Positions 43,732 to 47,229 of a stretch of 47,229 nt of DNA are shown piece by piece. Origin of the DNA: a virus (Duplodnaviria; Caudoviricetes); IMG/VR virus record IMGVR_UViG_3300020569_000004, positions 1-47,229 of that record, one strand, 5' to 3'. Every line of letters starts with the position of its first letter. Position 1 is the stretch's first letter. Under the pieces are notes generated by a model that saw only the letters and a program-made list of their open reading frames with translations, searched no databases and was not told where the DNA came from. The position numbers and the translations under genes were made by a program.

Positions 43732-44574
43732 ATGACACTTTTTCTCGCAAGGTTTGAAGAATTTCGCACTCTCTACGAAAGAGAGCCAGCCTACAGGAGT
43801 CAAGCCTGTGACTTGATTTACCTGAGCGAGCCATTCAACGAAATCTGTGTCGAAAAAGAAGACTGGGACAGCTCGATTGCTCACGGTAATTCGCTTGAGG
43901 TTCAAGGCATGGCAGGGGGGCATATAACAAAAGAAATCATTCCGCAAATGCTCAATCTTTCCAAAACATTAAATCACAGGGTTCACGCAAACCTGAACGG
44001 AGTCGTGACAGGGGTATGGGCGGACGACACAGTTCAAACAGCCATTGAGCGGTATGAAACTCTGCGAAAAGCGGAGGCAAAAGCCGCTGAAGCCAGACGC
44101 AAAGTGTACGAGGCATCGCCGGAATACGCAGCCGCTCAGGCAGCCGCAAAGGCCAAGCAAGAGGCTGAAGACAAGCGACGCCAAGAATTGCTCTCCCTCG
44201 CCCCCGATGGCCCCACATTTACCGATCCAGAGGGCTGGAAGAAAGCCGTGGAGAACAACACCGACCCCTATGGCGCAGCCACCGTTTCCTATGCAAACAT
44301 GTGGGCGCAAATGATGGAGGGGCTAATCAATCAAGGATCTGCGCTCAAGGATATTGCAGAAGAGTGCAGCTATCTTGCTGATACGGAAGGCATCACGGGA
44401 TTCATGTACGGCTGTGCCGTATCAATTCTCTCGCAGTGCTGGAAATACGGGAGTGATCTCAACGCCTGGCACAATGGCAAATACGGGGACCAAGGCGAGG
44501 AAGCAACAAAAAGTGGGGGCACGATTAACCCTGCAGTCCTGACGATGACCATTGCCCCAGCGCCTTCCGCCTAA
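43732..44574 (+). CDS. Conserved phage hypothetical protein
   Basis: N.DPYG....YA..WA.MME, ADTEGITGFMYGCAVSILSQCWKYG..L..WHN, G.INPAVL motifs. Confidence 0.8.
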   Translation: MTLFLARFEEFRTLYEREPAYRSQACDLIYLSEPFNEICVEKEDWDSSIAHGNSLEVQGMAGGHITKEIIPQMLNLSKTLNHRVHANLNGVVTGVWADDTVQTAIERYETLRKAEAKAAEARRKVYEASPEYAAAQAAAKAKQEAEDKRRQELLSLAPDGPTFTDPEGWKKAVENNTDPYGAATVSYANMWAQMMEGLINQGSALKDIAEECSYLADTEGITGFMYGCAVSILSQCWKYGSDLNAWHNGKYGDQGEEATKSGGTINPAVLTMTIAPAPSA

Positions 44575-44639
44575 CCCACCCCACGGCCCGCCGGAACCCA
44601 TTTGGCGGCCCCCTCAGTAATCACTCATTGAACAAAATC

Positions 44640-44993
44640 ATGACAAAGTACATTTTTCACGGTGGCTGCGTAAGCTGCCAAAGCCAAGAGATCTATGGCG
44701 AGGAGCGATGCGCTGGCTGCCAATGCCTTGAGGCAAACTGGCAGCTGCCAGACCTAAGAATCTCGGAGTACGAGGCTCGTGAGATAGAAACAGAACGGGT
44801 TCGTCGCAGGATCAAGGGGCTTTCATTTGATACAAAGGAAATGGAAGTCTATTTGCAGGAAGTCAAGGAAAAAACGGGGGAAATGCGACGGCATCAAATG
44901 CGGGCCATGGTGCTTTCCAGGCAACACGAAGATAATAGCTCAATCGTAGACAAGGTATTCAAGTTTTTCTATGATCTTTTATCAGGTCGCTAG
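44640..44993 (+). CDS. Hypothetical Cys-rich protein
   Basis: GGCVSC.SQ..G..RC.GCQ..ANW.LPDL. Confidence 0.6.
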   Translation: MTKYIFHGGCVSCQSQEIYGEERCAGCQCLEANWQLPDLRISEYEAREIETERVRRRIKGLSFDTKEMEVYLQEVKEKTGEMRRHQMRAMVLSRQHEDNSSIVDKVFKFFYDLLSGR

Positions 44994-45016
44994 ACTGAGG
45001 AAGACTCAACAAGCAC

Positions 45017-45223
45017 ATGCAAGGTGATAGCAAGATCAAAAAAGCTGCATCAGCGATTGAACGCTACGCCAGAGAGAACATCCCCGAGAGTCGCAAGGCT
45101 TTCGGGGAATTTATGTACCATGCCGAATTGCTACGCAAAGGCCACGTCAGCATTCACAAGAAAGATCTGCAGCTTCTGCCCAGGAAGTATCAGACCGTGA
45201 TCGAGGGGATCTGGCAGGGGTAG
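45017..45223 (+). CDS. Hypothetical protein
   Basis: 68 aa; upstream GCTAGACTG motif. Confidence 0.55.
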   Translation: MQGDSKIKKAASAIERYARENIPESRKAFGEFMYHAELLRKGHVSIHKKDLQLLPRKYQTVIEGIWQG

Positions 45224-45348
45224 AATCAAGAGAGGCTTGCAGGAGCAGAAGCGAAAGAGACATGTGACAGTTACCAGAGTGTCATTAGTACACTACAGAT
45301 AAAAACGACACCGCTCAGCCTGCAAGCTGGCCCCTCGCTTCTCAACTC

Positions 45349-45648
45349 TCAGTCTCTTCGCATCCAGTCCGGTGCCTTGAAGAAATTGGCCAGGTCGTCA
45401 ACACTGCTATCTTTTGTAACGTGAGTTGACGGGTCGGGGTCCCCGAGATTCATTTCATCGCATAGGTCCCAGCCGTGCTTGTCATTGCTCACAGCACGAC
45501 GACGAGCATTTTGCAGCATGTCGTGAACTGTCCTATTTGATACTGCCCACTTCTGCACCCAAGTCATATCAGATAATTCGACGGGAGCGCGACTTTCAAT
45601 TCTTTTGCAGACAAACTCAACGCGCAGCCTGGTCTTCGTGGAGAGCAT
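45349..45648 (-). CDS. Conserved cyanophage-type hypothetical protein
   Basis: MLST..RLR.EF.CKRI....VEL.DM.W..K.A..NR..ARR..LGDPDPS.H..DW.R.D resembles a cyanophage family I recall. Confidence 0.75.
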   Translation of the reverse strand: MLSTKTRLRVEFVCKRIESRAPVELSDMTWVQKWAVSNRTVHDMLQNARRRAVSNDKHGWDLCDEMNLGDPDPSTHVTKDSSVDDLANFFKAPDWMRRD

Positions 45649-45810
45649 GGCGAAAGTAAGGGTTGCCTCAGGCTAGACGGAAAAAGCCAGAAAGCAAGAC
45701 TTGGCTTTGGCTTGTGAATAATCTGGACCGGCACCAAACATCCCAGGCTCGATTCTTTCCCCTTGAATCGCTGCGTTCATGTTAGGCTTGGCAGACACTG
45801 ATGGTGCCGC

Positions 45811-46464
45811 TTGTTTTTGCGGAAACAAATGCAAGCGGCCCAACGATCTAGTGACTCAGTAATGCAAATGATCGACACACAGTCAGACTTCACCAAGGAA
45901 AAACAGCAGCAAGCTGATTTGCCAAATGAAAAAAACGCAGGGCACGAACTGGGTCAGCTCGCAAACAAACTGTTAATCAATTTCTGGTCAAACACACTTA
46001 ATTGCGCCCTCGGCCCAAATGACAAGCGACTAGAATATGCGACACGAGAAGAGCTAAAAAAAGTAGTAAATGAGATAAGTCAATACAGGGAAGCAATGAA
46101 AAAAGCGAAGGCCGAAATAACAGCCAAGTGCCACGAATTAAAGTTTGCCAAGATTCCCAAGGCCCTTAGGGCTCGAATAGAGTCGCGCATACACTATTCT
46201 GGCCTACTTCAATTACACGCTTGCGCAGAGCTAGGAGAGCGAAAGAAAGCCTCTAAGAAGGAAGCCGAAAACATAAAATCTCTCTGCGGGCTATCAGAAG
46301 AAGATTTCAACCAAAAATTTAGCAACACGAAACGCAGAATATTTTACGAAATAATTGAAAAGCACATGGGCTGCGAAAGGGTTGCCGAAATCCAAAAGGA
46401 GGCAGAGGAAAGGGCCTGGGTGGTGATTAGGGCCAGGGCAAGAGAGCGGGCCGAGCTACACTGA
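45811..46464 (+). CDS. Hypothetical helical protein (start uncertain)
   Basis: 217-aa ORF. Confidence 0.6.
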   Translation: MFLRKQMQAAQRSSDSVMQMIDTQSDFTKEKQQQADLPNEKNAGHELGQLANKLLINFWSNTLNCALGPNDKRLEYATREELKKVVNEISQYREAMKKAKAEITAKCHELKFAKIPKALRARIESRIHYSGLLQLHACAELGERKKASKKEAENIKSLCGLSEEDFNQKFSNTKRRIFYEIIEKHMGCERVAEIQKEAEERAWVVIRARARERAELH

Positions 46465-46587
46465 CAAAAGCACGACCCCTGAAAAGGGTGAGGCCCCAGG
46501 AGTAAAACCCCCAGGGCCTCAATAGCGGATTAAGTCTTCCAGGACGCCCGCTATGTGTTCACCGTCGAAGCAAACAAGAGCATTCTA

Positions 46588-47229
46588 ATGCACCAGGCCC
46601 CCCATCAGCAACCCACCCCCCAAGAGCAGTGGCTCTCGGTTGCTCACCCCAGTGAATGGCACTTTGCCATCACCAAGAAACCCGGCGGTGAATGGGTTTC
46701 TCTGCCCAAGCCCTACAGAAGAGAGGCGATCTGCAACTTAACCAGCAGCGAGAAAAACATTGCTGGTATCCGCCCCGAAGGATCTGTAAGATCAATAGCC
46801 TGCGACTTTGATCACAAAGAAGACTACAGCAGTAAATACTGGCACAAATTCGCTCGCAGCAAAGAACTGATACAGCTCGAACAAGAAGCAAATAAAGCTG
46901 GCTGCTCTGTATCTTTCATTCGCAGCAGCGAATCTGGGGGGCTGCACTGCTACATCTCTCTCCCCGAGGCCGCCCCCTGCTGGCTGGCCCACTGGATCGG
47001 CATGGAGCTGTTCAGAAGGGCCGGGATCGAGGCCCAGCAAGGCCAGGCAGAGCTTTTCCCCTCACGGATGGACTTCCAGCAGGATCTCTCGCTGGGGCGG
47101 GTCCAGAGCCAGGGATTCCGCCTCCCCGGACAGCACGGCAGCGCCCTGATCGTCAACGAGTCATACGTTGAAGATTGCGATTTAATTTACAGCCAGCTCA
47201 ACAATGATTTGGAGCAAGCTGAGGACTGT
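46588..47229 (+). CDS. AEP-superfamily primase/replication initiator, cyanobacterial-plasmid Rep-like; runs off the window end
   Basis: Not in the ORF track; manual translation gives GIRP....IACDFD (motif I DxD), S.KYW, IRSSESGGLHCY (motif II), GQAELFP, GFRLPGQ.GS.L. Confidence 0.8.
   Translation, partial: MHQAPHQQPTPQEQWLSVAHPSEWHFAITKKPGGEWVSLPKPYRREAICNLTSSEKNIAGIRPEGSVRSIACDFDHKEDYSSKYWHKFARSKELIQLEQEANKAGCSVSFIRSSESGGLHCYISLPEAAPCWLAHWIGMELFRRAGIEAQQGQAELFPSRMDFQQDLSLGRVQSQGFRLPGQHGSALIVNESYVEDCDLIYSQLNNDLEQAEDC

Noticed and set aside
46477-46520. Lambda boxB-like hairpin CCCT-GAAA-AGGG and adjacent GAGGCCC..GGGCCTC inverted repeat
   Set aside because: Only a 4-bp stem, no boxA, single occurrence, no U-tract; cannot be assigned.
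1-47229. tRNA/rRNA genes, integrase, transposase, reverse transcriptase, HIP1 (GCGATCGC) iteration
   Set aside because: None recognised by eye; a tRNAscan/HMM run would be needed to exclude them formally.

Overview
The window is a 47 kb piece of a tailed dsDNA phage genome. It is siphovirus-like and probably infects a (freshwater) picocyanobacterium, judged from several conserved cyanophage-type small genes, a cyanobacterial-plasmid-type AEP replicase and SD-less pyrimidine-rich leaders. 1-13.9 kb (minus strand): tail fibre (truncated by the window edge), tail tube, head-tail genes, major capsid, a cluster of tiny basic proteins, scaffold, portal, large terminase and thyX. 14.1-17.3 kb: a largely non-coding control/terminus region with an inverted repeat, one isolated gene, 3x25 bp and 13x~23 bp repeat arrays, a RepL-like wHTH gene and a probable small terminase. 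17.3-41.4 kb: about 55 small minus-strand early/accessory genes. Nine near-identical promoter + stem-loop cassettes (TTGACA-17-TAnnnT) drive them, and many start in a U-rich-AGATC-ATG context. This region includes a SpoU methylase, a bL12-like protein and a split FGE/CLec gene followed by a small ORF with two tandem repeats. Those repeats differ in the pattern typical of diversity-generating retroelement (DGR) variable repeats, but no template repeat or RT lies in the window. 41.4-47.2 kb: mostly plus-strand genes ending in a truncated AEP primase/Rep. GGGGCG is strongly over-represented on both strands and GGCTTGTGA occurs on one strand only. Family assignments come from motif recognition by eye, not database searches, and all counts are manual.
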